DNA of 64,000 bases from Macrostomum lignano. Lineage: Eukaryota. The notes beneath the pieces were generated by a model. That model did not search any database. It saw nothing but the letters and a program-made list of their open reading frames with translations, and had not been told where the DNA came from. The stretch lies in the NCBI GenBank assembly GCA_002269645.1, contig NIVC01000667.1, positions 62,001 through 126,000 on the forward strand. Reading direction: 5' to 3'. Both the position numbers and the translations under genes were made by a program. This document shows positions 39,766 to 51,861 of the stretch, one piece after another. How positions within the stretch are numbered: position 1 is the stretch's first letter; the number at the start of each line of letters is the position of its first letter.

Positions 39766-41288
39766 TCACCACATCTGTTGATGAGGCTGCGGCTGCGGAG
39801 GCGGAGGCAGAAGAACCTGCTGCTGCTGTTGTTGCTGCTGCTGCTGTTGCGGCAAGAACTGAGATGGCAGAGGAAGTGAATGATGATGGAACATCGGCTG
39901 CTGAGGCTGCTGTTGATGCTGTTGGTACTGCTGATAATTTGCTAGATTATTATTATTAATGGGCAACAGGGGCGGCCCCTGCGACTGCATTGGAGGCAAA
40001 TATGGCTGCTGCTGCTGCTGCTGCTGCTGCATCATGGACTGCGGAGGTGGAAGATAACTAAACTGTTGTTGCTGCTGTTGCTGCTGCTGTTGCTGAGGAA
40101 TCAGACCTAAAGTTGATCCGGCTAATGGAGGCCTAAGACTAAATGATGTCGGCTGTTGTTGCTGCTGCTGCGGCTGTTGTGGTGGCGGCGGCAAACTGCC
40201 GCCCATAAGACCCAGCAAGACTGGTTGCGACGGAGTTGGCTGTGCCGATTCAACAGATTTCTTCCCACCGTACAGACTGTTCCTAGCCAGCGAAGCCAAC
40301 CAATCGGCAGATTTCTCCACATAGTCGTCATCGTCTGATGAGTCGTTTGAGCTAGACGAGGACGAGCCTTTTCGAGCTCTGGATCCGTCGGGTGCCGAGG
40401 CGACTGTCGATGCGGCAGAGACAGCAGCAGCAGCAGCAGCTGTACCCGTAGTAACCGCTGCTGCAGACGACGATGGCAAAGAGCTGTAGGCGTCAAACAC
40501 GGTTGACGCGCCGCCGCTCAGCTGGTCGGTCATGGCCAAACCCAGCACACTGTCGGGTGTCGGTAAAACGACCGGCTGATCGTCGCGGCGACGTCGCTTA
40601 GACTCGCTTGTCCTCTCTCTGTCCCGTGTGTCTTTCTCTTGTTCGCGACGCTTCAATTTCTTGCGCTCCTTCTCTTTAATCTTGTCTTTCTTCTCCTTCT
40701 CCTTAGCCTTGGCTCGCTCTTTGTCTTTGTTACGCTTCTCGCGGTCTTTGTCTTCGTGTTTGCTCTGCTTTTTAGCTTTCTTATGCTGTTTAGTGACTTG
40801 AATGATTGTGTCTTTGCCTGGCAGGTGGATAGCCCCCATTAGCTTCTGCTGCTGCTGCTGTTGCTCTTTCTCTTTGCGCTCCCGTTCTTTCCTATCGCGT
40901 TTCTTTTCTTTCTTCTCTTTCTTCTCTTTCTTGTCCTTATGCAGATGCCGATGCCGCTTCTCCTTGTGCTCCGGCTGCTGCTGAGTAGCTGACGCCACCG
41001 CCGCTGCACCAGCTGAAGACGAGAGCAAGCCTAACCGAGCCGTACTACTACTACTAGTAGCATTCGAAGGTCCCGCAGCGTAGCCTACAGCTTTTTGACT
41101 GCCAACAAATTCCTGTATCTGGGACACCAGATTGCGCATCTGGGCTACGGGATCCGGCGTGTCCTTGATGCGGTCAATGTCCAGCCTCAGGCCGGGAATG
41201 CTCGGGATGCGGAATGCGTCAGCTTGAGCCCGGCTAATGCCTAAGTTAATACCGGTCATTGAGCGAATCTGCTCCACTAAAGAGGTCA

Positions 41289-41319
<31 letters not shown>

Positions 41320-44300
41320 AGGCTGACCAGATGAAGAACTGGAAGTTGCGTCACTGCCAGCACTGTTGGCAACCGTGGCGCCGAATTTGATCAGATCGGC
41401 GTCGTCCTGTGGGAAAGAATGGGATTTTTTATTTTAACTTGATTAAGAGTGGAGTTGATCTGTTTGTGGGATTAAACTCGTATCCTGTTTATGGGATTAT
41501 CCTTTCTGTTTATGGGATTATCCTTTCTGTTTATGGGATTATCCTTCCTGTTTATGAGATTATCCTTCCTGTTTATGAGATTGTCCTTCCTTTTTATGGG
41601 ATTATCCTTTCTGTTTATGGGATTATTCTTCCTGTTTATGGGATTATCCTTCCTGTTTATGGGATTATCCTTCCTGTTTATGGGATTGTCCTCCCTGTTT
41701 ATGGGATTACCTGACCTTCCTGGTTATGGGATTATCCTTTCTGTTTATGGGATTACCTGACCTTCCTGGTTATGGGATTATCCTTCCTGTTTATGGGATT
41801 ATCCTTCCTGTTTATGGGATTGTCCTTCCTGTTTATGGGATTATCCTTCCTGTTTATGGGATTATCCTTCCTGTTTATGGGATTGTCCTTCCTGTTTATG
41901 GGATTATCCTTCCTTTTTATGGGATTACCTGACCTTCCTGGTTATGGGATTATCCTTCCTGTTTATGGGATTATCCTTCCTGTTTATGGGATTATCCTTC
42001 CTGTTTATGGGATTGTCCTTCCTGTTTATGGGATTATCCTTCCTTTTTATGGGATTGTCCTCCCTGTTTATGAGATTATCTAATTGTTTATGGTAATATT
42101 CTACTTGCTTATGCCAATAGTCTACCTATTTATGTCAATATTCTACCTGTTTATAAATTATTCTCCCAGTTTTCATGATTATTCTCTGATCGTGTGATAA
42201 TCCTCCCAGTTTATGCATGGGATAATCTTCCTATTTTATGCATGGGACAATCTTCCCAGTTTAGGCATGGGACAATCTTCCCAGTTTAGGCATGGGATAA
42301 AAAGCACACAGAGTGAGAGCTAAATCTTACCTCAACAATACCGGCAGCACGTTTCTTCCTCTTGATAGCCCAATCCGCCTCGCGACCAATGCTATCCAGC
42401 ACCTCCTTTGTGGCCTCGCTAGTTGACAAAACTTTCTGCTCTTTCAGTCGTTTAATAAACGCCTCGCGAGTAGCCGCAATATCGCCATTATCAACTTTAG
42501 AGCCAGAATTCTTGTCAATATTTGTCAAAGGCTCTCGATCGATCAGGATGGCATCCTCGAACACCACCCCGGGCTGCTCGGGCGGTCCCGCATTGTCCAG
42601 AGCTTCTCCCTCCTCAGGGTCGGACTCTTCGTCCCCAGCGCCGCCATCGGATAGTTCGACGGCATCGCCATCGATCTCGCCCTCCTCCAAGTCGACCCCG
42701 CCGCGGCCGCGATTCTGTTTGGCCGCCGCGTTCCTAGGCCGTTTAGAAGACTTCAGCGTGTACTTTACAACTGGAGCTGCCGGGGAGGCGGCTGCGGCTG
42801 ACTTTGACTGCAACTGGCCCTGACTGCCCGATTCGTCAGTTGTCTCAACTTCCACTTTTAAATTCATTTTCTTCCTGCCTTCCCAGTCTTCGACTCGTTG
42901 AGCGTAGACAGAATAGCGGCGGATTTTGACGCTGCGAGGACTGCGATCTTGAGACAGGATTGCGAACAGGTCCGGGTAGTGGGCTCGCTGCGGATAGGGA
43001 TCATGGCGGTTGAAAGCCGAATAAATGTTGGGATTCTTAGGTATGGGATTCTTAGATATGGGATTCTTAGATATGGGACTCTTAGATATGGGACTCTTAG
43101 ATATGGGATTCTTAGATATGGGATTCTTAGATGTGGGATTCTTAGATATGGGATTCTTAAATATGGGATTCTTAGATATGGGATTCTTAGATATGGGACT
43201 CTTAGATATGGGATTCTTAGATATGGGATTCTTAGATGTGGGATTCTTAGATATGGGATTCTTAGATATGGGATTCTTAGATATGGGACTCTTAGATATG
43301 GGATTCTTAGATATGGGATTCTTAGATATGGGACTCTTAGATATGGGATTCTTAGATGTGGGATTCTTAGATATGGGACTCTTAGATATGGGATTCTTAG
43401 ATATGGGATTCTTAGATGTGGGATTCTTAGATGTGGGATTCTTAGATATGGGATTCTTAAATATGGGATTCTTAGATATGGGATTCTTAGATATGGGACT
43501 CTTAGATATGGGATTCTTAGATATGGGATTCTTAGATGTGGGATTCTTAGATGTGGGATTCTTAGATATGGGATTCTTAGATATGGGATTCTTAGATATG
43601 GGATTCTTAGATATGGGATTCTTAGATATGGGACTCTTAGATATGGGATTCTTAGATATGGGATTCTTAGATATGGGACTCTTAGATATGGGATTCTTAG
43701 ATGTGGGATTCTTAGATATGGGATTCTTAGATATGGGATTCTTAGATATGGGATTCTTAGATTTTGGGTTCTTAGATATGGGATTCTTAGATATGGGATT
43801 CTTAGATATGGGATTCTTAGATTTTGGGTTCTTAGATATGGGATTCTTAGATTTTGGGTTCTTAGATATGGGATTCTTAGATATGGGATTCTTAGATATG
43901 GGATTCTTAGATATGGGATTCTTAGATATGGGACTCTTAGATATGGGACTCTTAGATATAGGATTCATACATTTTGGATTCTTAGATATGGGATTCTTAG
44001 ATAAGGGATTCTTAGATATGGGATTCTTAGATATGGGATTCTTGCATTTGGGATTTTAAGACTTAGGGTTCGTAGATTGGGTTCCGATTCTTAAAAGTGT
44101 TTATTTTTATGGGTTTCAAACAATTCTACCTGATGTTTTGAGATGAAGATAAGAGGGACTGGGAAAACATCGCTAAACTCACAAAGAACAGTCTCCGATG
44201 CCTGATACCCGTCGCATGGTTAATTAGCTCAGCCACGGGGAAGTTCAAGTTGCACAGTTCGCAGTAGCAGCGGCACTCCAGCATGGGATTGATGCGCTGG

Positions 44301-47300
44301 TACTCCGTCACGTATTGCAATCCGAGCAGCGGCTCTAAGCAGCTGTTGAGCAGAGTTTGAGCACGAAGTGTCGGCTTGGCGCCGCGACCGCCAGAAGACT
44401 TTTGCTTCTGCTGCTGCTGCTTGGCCGCCGCCGCTGCCTGCTCCGCCTTGAGCTTGGCCTCGGCCTCCGCCTTCTGAGCAGCCTCAGCTTCGGCTTTCTT
44501 GGCCTGCTCGGCTGCCTCCGCGGCGTCCTTCTCGCGCTGAGCGGCTGCGGGTTGCCATGGCGATTTGCGACTGACTATAGATGAGGATCTGGGAGGCTGG
44601 CACAGCAACTGAGGATCTGGGAGGCTGGCCCTGCAACTGAGGATCTGGGATGCTGGCCCAGCAACTGAGGATCTGGGAGGCTGGCCCAGAAACTGAGGAT
44701 CTGGAAGGCTGGCCCAGCAACTGAGGATCTAGAAGGCTGGCCCAGCAACTGAGGATCTGGGATGCTGGCCCAGCAACTGAGGATCTGGGAGGCTGGCACA
44801 GAAACTGAGGATCTGGAAGGCTGGCCCAGCAACTGAGCATCTGGGAGGCTGGCCCAGCAACTGAGGATCTGGGAGGCTGGCCCAGCAACTGAGGATTTGG
44901 GAGGCTGGCCCAGCAGCTGAGGATCTGGGAGGCTGGCACAGAAACTGAGGATCTGGGAGGCTGGCCCAGAAACTGAGGATCTGGGAGGCTGGCACAGAAA
45001 CTGAGGATCTGAGAGGCTGGCCCAGAAACTGAGGATCTGGGAGGCTGGCACAGAAACTGAGGATCTGGGAGGCTGGCACAGAAACTGAGGATCTGGGAGG
45101 CTGGCCCAGAGGCCGAGGATCTGGGAGGCTGGCCCAGAAACGGAGGATCTGGGAGGCTCTGGCCCAGCAGCTGAGAATCTGGGAGGCTGGCCCAGCAGCC
45201 GAGGATCTGGGAGGCTGGCCCAGCAACTGAGGATCTGGGAGGCTGGCCCAGCAGCTGAGAATCTGGGAGGCTGGCCCAGCAGCTGAGAATCTGGGAGGCT
45301 GGCACAGAAACTGAGGATCTGGGAGGCTGGCCCAGAAACTGAGGATCTGGGAGGCTGGCCCAGAAACTGAGGATCTGGGAGGCTGGCCCAGAAACTGAGG
45401 ATCTGGGAGGCTGGCACAGAAACTGAGGATCTGGGAGGCTGGCACAGAAACTAAGGATCTGGGAGGCTGGCCCAGAGGCCGAGGATCTGGGAGGCTGGAC
45501 CAGAAGCCGAGGATCTGGGAGGCTGGCGCAGAGGCCGAGGATCTGGGAGGCTGGACCAGAAGCCGAGGATCTGGGAGGCTGGCGCAGAGGCCGAGGATCT
45601 GGGAGGCTGGCGCAGAAGCCGAGGATCTGGGAGGCTGGCGCAGAAGCCGAGAATCTGGGAGGCTGGCCCAGAAGCCGAGGATCAGATAATATTCTATCCC
45701 CCAGAAGCACCAAACTGGCACAAATCAACTCACCCTCCAACTCTTTCACGCGCTCTTCAATCAGCTTTTTATGCTTATCGCCGTTCACGTGAAAGTCGAG
45801 CGATTTCTGCGAGTTGCACTTGACGTTGCACAGCTGAAAAAACCGAAAACCGAAAATAAGTGCTAGTGCTTAGTCTCTATAGCAATCAAACTATCGAGCA
45901 ATAAAAAATCACTCACGAGACATTCGAATATGCCGCCCAAACCGGATCGTTTGATAGCGCCAACCTGCGCGTCAACCCACATCTGGTGCTTGGCCTGCGC
46001 GCTGGCCTGAAATCGGGGTTCGGTGTTAAAGAGCATTTTTAAGAGCAAGTACACTTCCGGTGAGGAGTATTACTGAGCTACTACACTTCCGGTGTGGAAT
46101 ATTAATAAGCTACTACACTTCCGGTGTGGAATATTACACTTCCGGTCTGGGATAATCAAATTCCCCAGAACTCACAATCTCACAGATAATTATTAAATAA
46201 GAAAAATCACCTCTGCCTTAACGGCCACCTCTTGGCGAGCCCGCTCCTCCCGAAACATGTGCGGCTTCTTGCTGGCAGCCCGGTCCAGCGCGTTCTTCAT
46301 GTGAGTGACGCCGCGCAGGTGAGCCAAGTAGCCGCGCTCGGATCGAAACTCCTGATTGCACAGCTTGCAAAATGACCAGTCGTCGTCATCATCGTCTTCA
46401 TCTTCATCATCATCATCATTGTCGCCGTCATCCTCAGAGTCTGCTGTCCTATCCTTAGCTTTATGCTGCTGAGCCTCCTGCTCATTATTATTGTCCAATG
46501 CGTCTAATTCAACTAAATCGGCCTCATCGCCAATGCCCAGGTCCACTTTTTCATTGTTATCGTCGTCAAATAGTCGCTCCGGCGGCGGCGGCGGCGCCGG
46601 CTGAGCGGCCAATTCCAGTATCGACGGCGGCCCGTCGCCGGCCCCGCTAGCCGAGGTCAGCCGACCCCCGGTCAGATCGGCCAGATGATCGGCAGCCTTG
46701 CCCCCAGTATAATATCGATACATATCGTCCCAATTGATGCCGTGCTGTTTAGATTGGGCAATAAACACTTCGTACCAAGCGGGATTGTGCCGCTGCATAA
46801 CCGTGATGTACTGATTCCAGGTGGCATAGTTCCATTCGCCATTGGCGAACCGTTCGAAATAGTCTTGCATGACCAGGCGCGGGTCGCCGGCCGGGTCCAT
46901 GTAGCCTGGCGGCGGAGTCGGTTTGGCATCGGCGTCTTCATCGGCATTGTCGCCAGTGCCTCCCGTCGAGTCGGTAGCGCCTCCCTTCTCAGTGGGACCG
47001 GAAGCCGGAGCGGCCAGCAACAATTTCCGATGCTGCCGTTTGGCCGCCTTAGCGTCTTGCAAAGCTTTGGCGCGCTTTCGAAGCTTCTTGCGCTGATTTC
47101 TAGACAGGCCCTGCAGGGTGAGGCCGCCTGCGATGCCGCTATCCGACTCGCCGCCGGAATCGGCGCCACCGCCGGCGCCACCACCGGGCGCCTCCGACTG
47201 CAGAGTGGCCGCGAACGACACCGACAAGCGTTCGGCCTCAGCAGCTGGGACGCCAACCAGCATGCGCTGGAAATTAGCCACCATCTGGTTGCTATAGAGC

Positions 47301-49048
47301 TTGTAATAAGAGGCCGTATCGGAATTGGCCGGCAGAGTGGCCGCAAATTTATTCCAAGAATCCGGATCGGACAGATCCATCCGGCTCAGTGCGCTGACGG
47401 CGGCGGCCGCGGCGGCGCCTAGCGCGCTAGCGGTTGTCATGGACGCTGTAGTACTGTTAGTTGTTGTCAAGGCAGCCGTAGATGTAGTAGAGTAGGCTTC
47501 AACTAATAAACTGTCGCTCAATAATTGTTCGGCATTATTTGTTAAGCTTCTGGTCGGCGGCGGTTCAGCGTGAGCGGCCAGCTGTTTCTCTTTCAGTGCC
47601 CGCTGCTCGGCCAGCCGCTTGTCTCGCCGTTCAACTGCTTTAGCGCGTCTCTTCTCTAAATCTGCTTTCGTATCCTCATAGTGCTGGCTCATCTGGCGCA
47701 TATAGGCGGCGAATTTCTCGTATTCGTCGTACAGTTTTCTATATTCTGTCTCGTGAATCTTTTTACTGTCTTCTGTCTGCTGCGAGCTGGCGTAGTGCTC
47801 GTGCATCTGCTGGGCGCAGCTTTGGAAATATTCGTTCATGTCGGACTCATAGGATTTGATATTGGCTAGCCAGGAGGCCAGCTGCTCAAGGAACAGCTCG
47901 GCCTGTTTCACCTCGGCGTCCTCGTCTGTCTGTTGATCTCGGTCAGCCGCTGCTGTCTCCAATGACGGCGGCGGAGGTTCGTCGAGAAGTACGCGACGTT
48001 GACCGCCAGTCGGCATAGAGGCTGGCGGAGGCGGCGGCGGAGGCTGCGGCGGCTGCTGCTGTTCATTCAACATCGAACCGGGTGTTGCAGGCGGCGGCGG
48101 AGTGGGAGGCCGCGGCAGGCTGGACAGCTGACTGGGCAGCGGCAGGCTTCGGCGGGTCTGCTCGGACACTGGCCGATCGCCTAGCAGGGGGCCGCGAGGC
48201 GGCTGCGCAAGCGTCGAGACTGCCGGCGGCGGCGGCAGAGACGGCGGCTGTCCGGGAGCAGCGGCAGCAGCAGACAGAGGCGGCGGTGGCCGCATCAAGT
48301 TTGGCATTGAGATGAGAGACGACTGGCTCTGCTCAAATCCGGGCGGCGGTTTACTAAAATCGAATAAAAATTTGCCAGCAGCTGATGATGAGGGTGGCAG
48401 CGGCGGTGTTGGCGGAGTTCGCGGACGACCAGTCGCTGATGATGCCGACGCTGACGGCGGAGCAGCTGGCGGAGTCGGCGGAGTTCGAGGCCTAGAAGCA
48501 GCAGCAGCAGCAGTCGCAGGGGGAGCACTGAGCACGTAGCCTTGGCCAAGAGCCAGGTCCGCAGGATTAGGCAGCAGCGGCCTACCGAAGCCCCCGGAGG
48601 CTTGGCCCGATGCCGACGAGGTGGGGGCGGCGGGGGCGGCGGTAGCGGCTGGCACAGTGCCAAGATTGATTTTAATCTGACGCTTCTGCAACGGATTATA
48701 AGTTGTTGGCGTCTCAAATGCCGTACTGAGGATGGTCTGCTCGGCGGCTTCAGCGTGGAGGCGGGACAGTCCGCCTGCGGCACCAGGCTCGGCCGCCGAG
48801 GAAGCCATTGTGGCAGATCTGCGCAAATCGCGCTCAGTGAAGATGTTCGACTCAACCAGATCTTCCGGTTCTTCATCGTCTGAGAGGATGCCGAAGGCGG
48901 GCGGCGCTTCATCATCGGAGGCTGCGGCAGCATCGGCGGCGGATTCAATGGCGGCGGATTCTGCGGCAGAATGGTCAGTCTGTTTCGGCATGAAGTTGAA
49001 TTTCGGAGCGGGCCGGCGGGCCCCTTCGTATGTTTTCTTTGTAGCCAT
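39766..49048 (-). CDS. Large (~1905 aa) low-complexity protein with matrin/U1-type C2H2 zinc fingers and an EPLLGLQY...CELC...H...H domain, 6 coding exons
   Basis: Exons 49048..46211, 46006..45917, 45833..45734, 44574..44183, 42987..42331 and 41406..39766 are all GT-AG and phase-concordant. Fingers: [23 protein letters not shown]; [23 protein letters not shown] (split by intron 2); [22 protein letters not shown] followed by RAHYP. Also Pro-rich, coiled-coil, K/E-rich and polyQ regions. Confidence 0.82.
41480..42290. repeat. 21-bp minisatellite GGGATTATCCTTCCTGTTTAT, intron 41407..42330
   Basis: Direct inspection; degenerate towards 42290. Confidence 0.92.
43030..44050. repeat. 15-bp minisatellite GGGATTCTTAGATAT, intron 42988..44182
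   Basis: Direct inspection. Confidence 0.95.
44581..45685. repeat. 28-bp minisatellite GAGGATCTGGGAGGCTGGCCCAGMAACT, intron 44575..45733
   Basis: Direct inspection. Confidence 0.95.
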
Positions 49049-49746
49049 TGAGAAAGCTTATTGACAGGAAGAGCATGCAATAAATTGAGAAATTTTTGGC
49101 TTTTTACTGAAAGTAGTATCATAGGAATTTTGAATTTTTGTGCAAGAAAAGTTCGCACATAATAAGAAATTACCTGCATAAAAAAGATTATCACTACAAG
49201 TGGTGATTAATGAATTTTATTTACTTCCCAAGTTATACAGCAGCTTTGAAGACCATGATTGATAATACTATTGTTTATGACGTAATTACTACTTTTGTTT
49301 TTTGTCCTTAGTTTTGTTTCAAATTTGCAGTAATAATGATATTTACACCATTTTTTCTATTAAAAAAAATATAGAATTGTAGATGTCTACAATTGTAAAG
49401 CTGCTTGTCAAAAGATTTGCTTTGAAATTACAAAAAATAAACTTTAGTTTTTTTTAAATCTTCTTAAAATAAAGAACAATATTTACAATTTGAAAATTTT
49501 AATTGTTTAGTTTTACACCCAAACTTACACCCAACAATGCACTTTGATAACAAGTAAATGATTTACCATATAAGCAATAAATGAATTTATGAAATTAAGA
49601 TAATATAACTGCTAGACTTAAATATAAAACCAAAACCTCTTCCCAGCAATCTTATTCTAATAATCTGGTCTTAATCCCAACAAATTCTAAGAATCTAAGT
49701 CTTAACTTTATTTTATCCATTTACATTTTTATCTAGTAATACATAA

Positions 49747-50636
49747 TATACCTTTTCCACTCCAAGTCTGTCACAAGTAACTTCAAATCTGCCGTAGATA
49801 GCAGAAAGGCATACATTCAGCTCGCAAGCCGAGCGCCAACTTAATAGTCTATGGTTAAAGCTCAGATCAATTCTGTCAAAAGTAATTTCAAATCTGTCCA
49901 CTGAACAGATAACGAAACAAAGGTTTATTTTGAACAGTGCTCTCAAATTAAAGCAACAAATTCTGTAATTCACTATGCTAACATGTCTGCTACAGTCAAT
50001 CAGTTGCATAGATATTTCAAACAAAAATATCGCGACGATCCAAGCAGGCCTGTCCGTAACTCAACGTGTGCAGGTGCCATTGTAGGCAGTGGTCATGTGT
50101 CAGATGAGGCATGCTGGCATGCAATTCGCGAATCAGAATGCTCAGTCTGAATGCTTTAGGATCAAGTTTGCGGTGGTCCTTTTGATTCCGAGGTCAATGG
50201 CTAGTCTCCTCCAGTCCTGTCCAGTGTTGTAGCTGTTAACCAGGCGCTGCCTGTCTATTAAGCATATTCTTGCATAGGGCATGGTGGGTAAGGCAAGAAA
50301 AAATTGTTGTGAACTCGCGTTGCTGTCAACATATATATCTCTGACAGATTTGAACTTACTTGTGACAGAATTTATATATAAGATTGCCATAGACGAATAA
50401 GTTTCACTGTTAAAATCTGGGTCTGTCTATAAAGAAGTTTTCTAGTCTTTACTGCTTTGGTTCCAACTCCCTATCTGTTCAGTGGACAGATTTGAAATTA
50501 CTTTTGACAGAATTGATCTGAGCTTTAACCATAGACTATTAAGTTGGCGCTCGGCTTGCGAGCTGAATGTATGCCTTTCTGCTATCTACGGCAGATTTGA
50601 AGTTACTTGTGACAGACTTGGAGTGGAAAAGGTATA
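49747..50636. mobile_element. Non-autonomous TIR element with 165-bp perfect inverted repeats and a Tc1/IS630-like HTH remnant
   Basis: 49747..49911 is the reverse complement of 50472..50636, and both ends read TATA (TA target duplication compatible). The internal minus-strand segment reads YARICLIDRQRLVNSYNTGQDWRRLAIDLGIKRTTANLIL, resembling a transposase N-terminal helix-turn-helix. Confidence 0.72.
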
Positions 50637-51030
50637 CTATGATATTAAGACAAAAACCAAATAAAAAGTAATGTGCATTTATAATACATATATACCATAG
50701 TCTACAAATTCCAAATGGATACCAAAGTAGCCATTATGCCAAAAAAATTCTGGCAGACCTTTGCCTCTCACTAAGAATCTTGGTATACACTTGGCATATA
50801 GAATTTTAGGTCCAATATTAATATATACCATCGTATAAAAAAACTGCCAAGTTTAGGTTCAATATATATATCATGGTATAGCCAAATTTGAATAAAAAGC
50901 TGGCATATAAGCAACTTCATACTTAGCATATTTATTTATTTATATTGCTATAGAAAAAACTATAAATATATAACTATCATTAAATTTTAGAAACTTGCTA
51001 ACTAAAAATATAATTCCAGCTTAATTAATA

Positions 51031-51861
51031 TGAGGGGTATCCCAAAAGTAATGTTGATTTTAATTGAAGCTCTCATTCTATAGCTTCCTGTGATTTAAAA
51101 TTTTATGAACTTATAGCGGCAACTTTCTTCTACAGATTGTTTTTTGAATTTTTAAAATTGATAGCAGAGAACAAAAGTTATACCTACAAAAGTAACAGTA
51201 CCTGTACCATAGAGTTACACAAACTATATAGAAATTTATAATAGTCAACTTTTGCACTCATTCATAAAGAAGGCATTGATAAATGTCTTGTTTAAGCAAT
51301 ACCAAGGCCCAATTGGAAAATGATGCTTATTGTGACTGACTGAAATGTCTATGGATGGGATCATGTGCAGAAAAATAAAGCATTAAATTCATTACTTTAC
51401 TTGCAAACAGAGGAGCTTGCAGTTTGCAATTTGTTCATGATTTCATTGCTTATACTTATACTTGACAACACACATGGATGTGCATTGTGCACTCAGTTGT
51501 TGCTTAGCAAAGTGCCATCTTCACTATTTGGGATGCTGGCTATAATGCCTCAGAAATTCACACAAAACTACTCTGCACACGGATCCTTTGTGGTCAGCAA
51601 AATGACAGTTTATTGATGCATTCTTAATGAATAAGTGCAGAAGTTGACTATTATATATTTCAATATATTTTGTGTAACTCTATGGTACAGGTACTGTTAC
51701 TTTTATGGGTATAACTTTTGTTCTCTGGTATCAATTTTTAAAATTCAAAAAGCAGTCAGTAAAAGAGATTTGCTGCTATCATTTCATAAAATTTTAAACC
51801 ACAAGAAGCTATAGAATGAGAGCTACAATTAAAAGTAACATTACTTTTAGGACACCCCTTG
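51031..51861. mobile_element. Tc1/mariner-type MITE with ~250-bp imperfect TIRs
   Basis: TA|TGAGGGGTATCCCAAAAGTAATG at the left end and CATTACTTTTAGGACACCCCTTG|TA at the right; the arms ~51031..51280 and ~51615..51861 are reverse-complementary. Confidence 0.82.

Noticed and set aside
39766-41289. 507-aa ORF as a stand-alone gene
   Set aside because: The frame stays open upstream to an acceptor at 41407 that is in phase with the previous exon.
30862-49048. Operon of three co-oriented minus-strand genes
   Set aside because: Spacers of 2-4 kb with promoter-like CpG patches; co-orientation of three genes is not evidence on its own.
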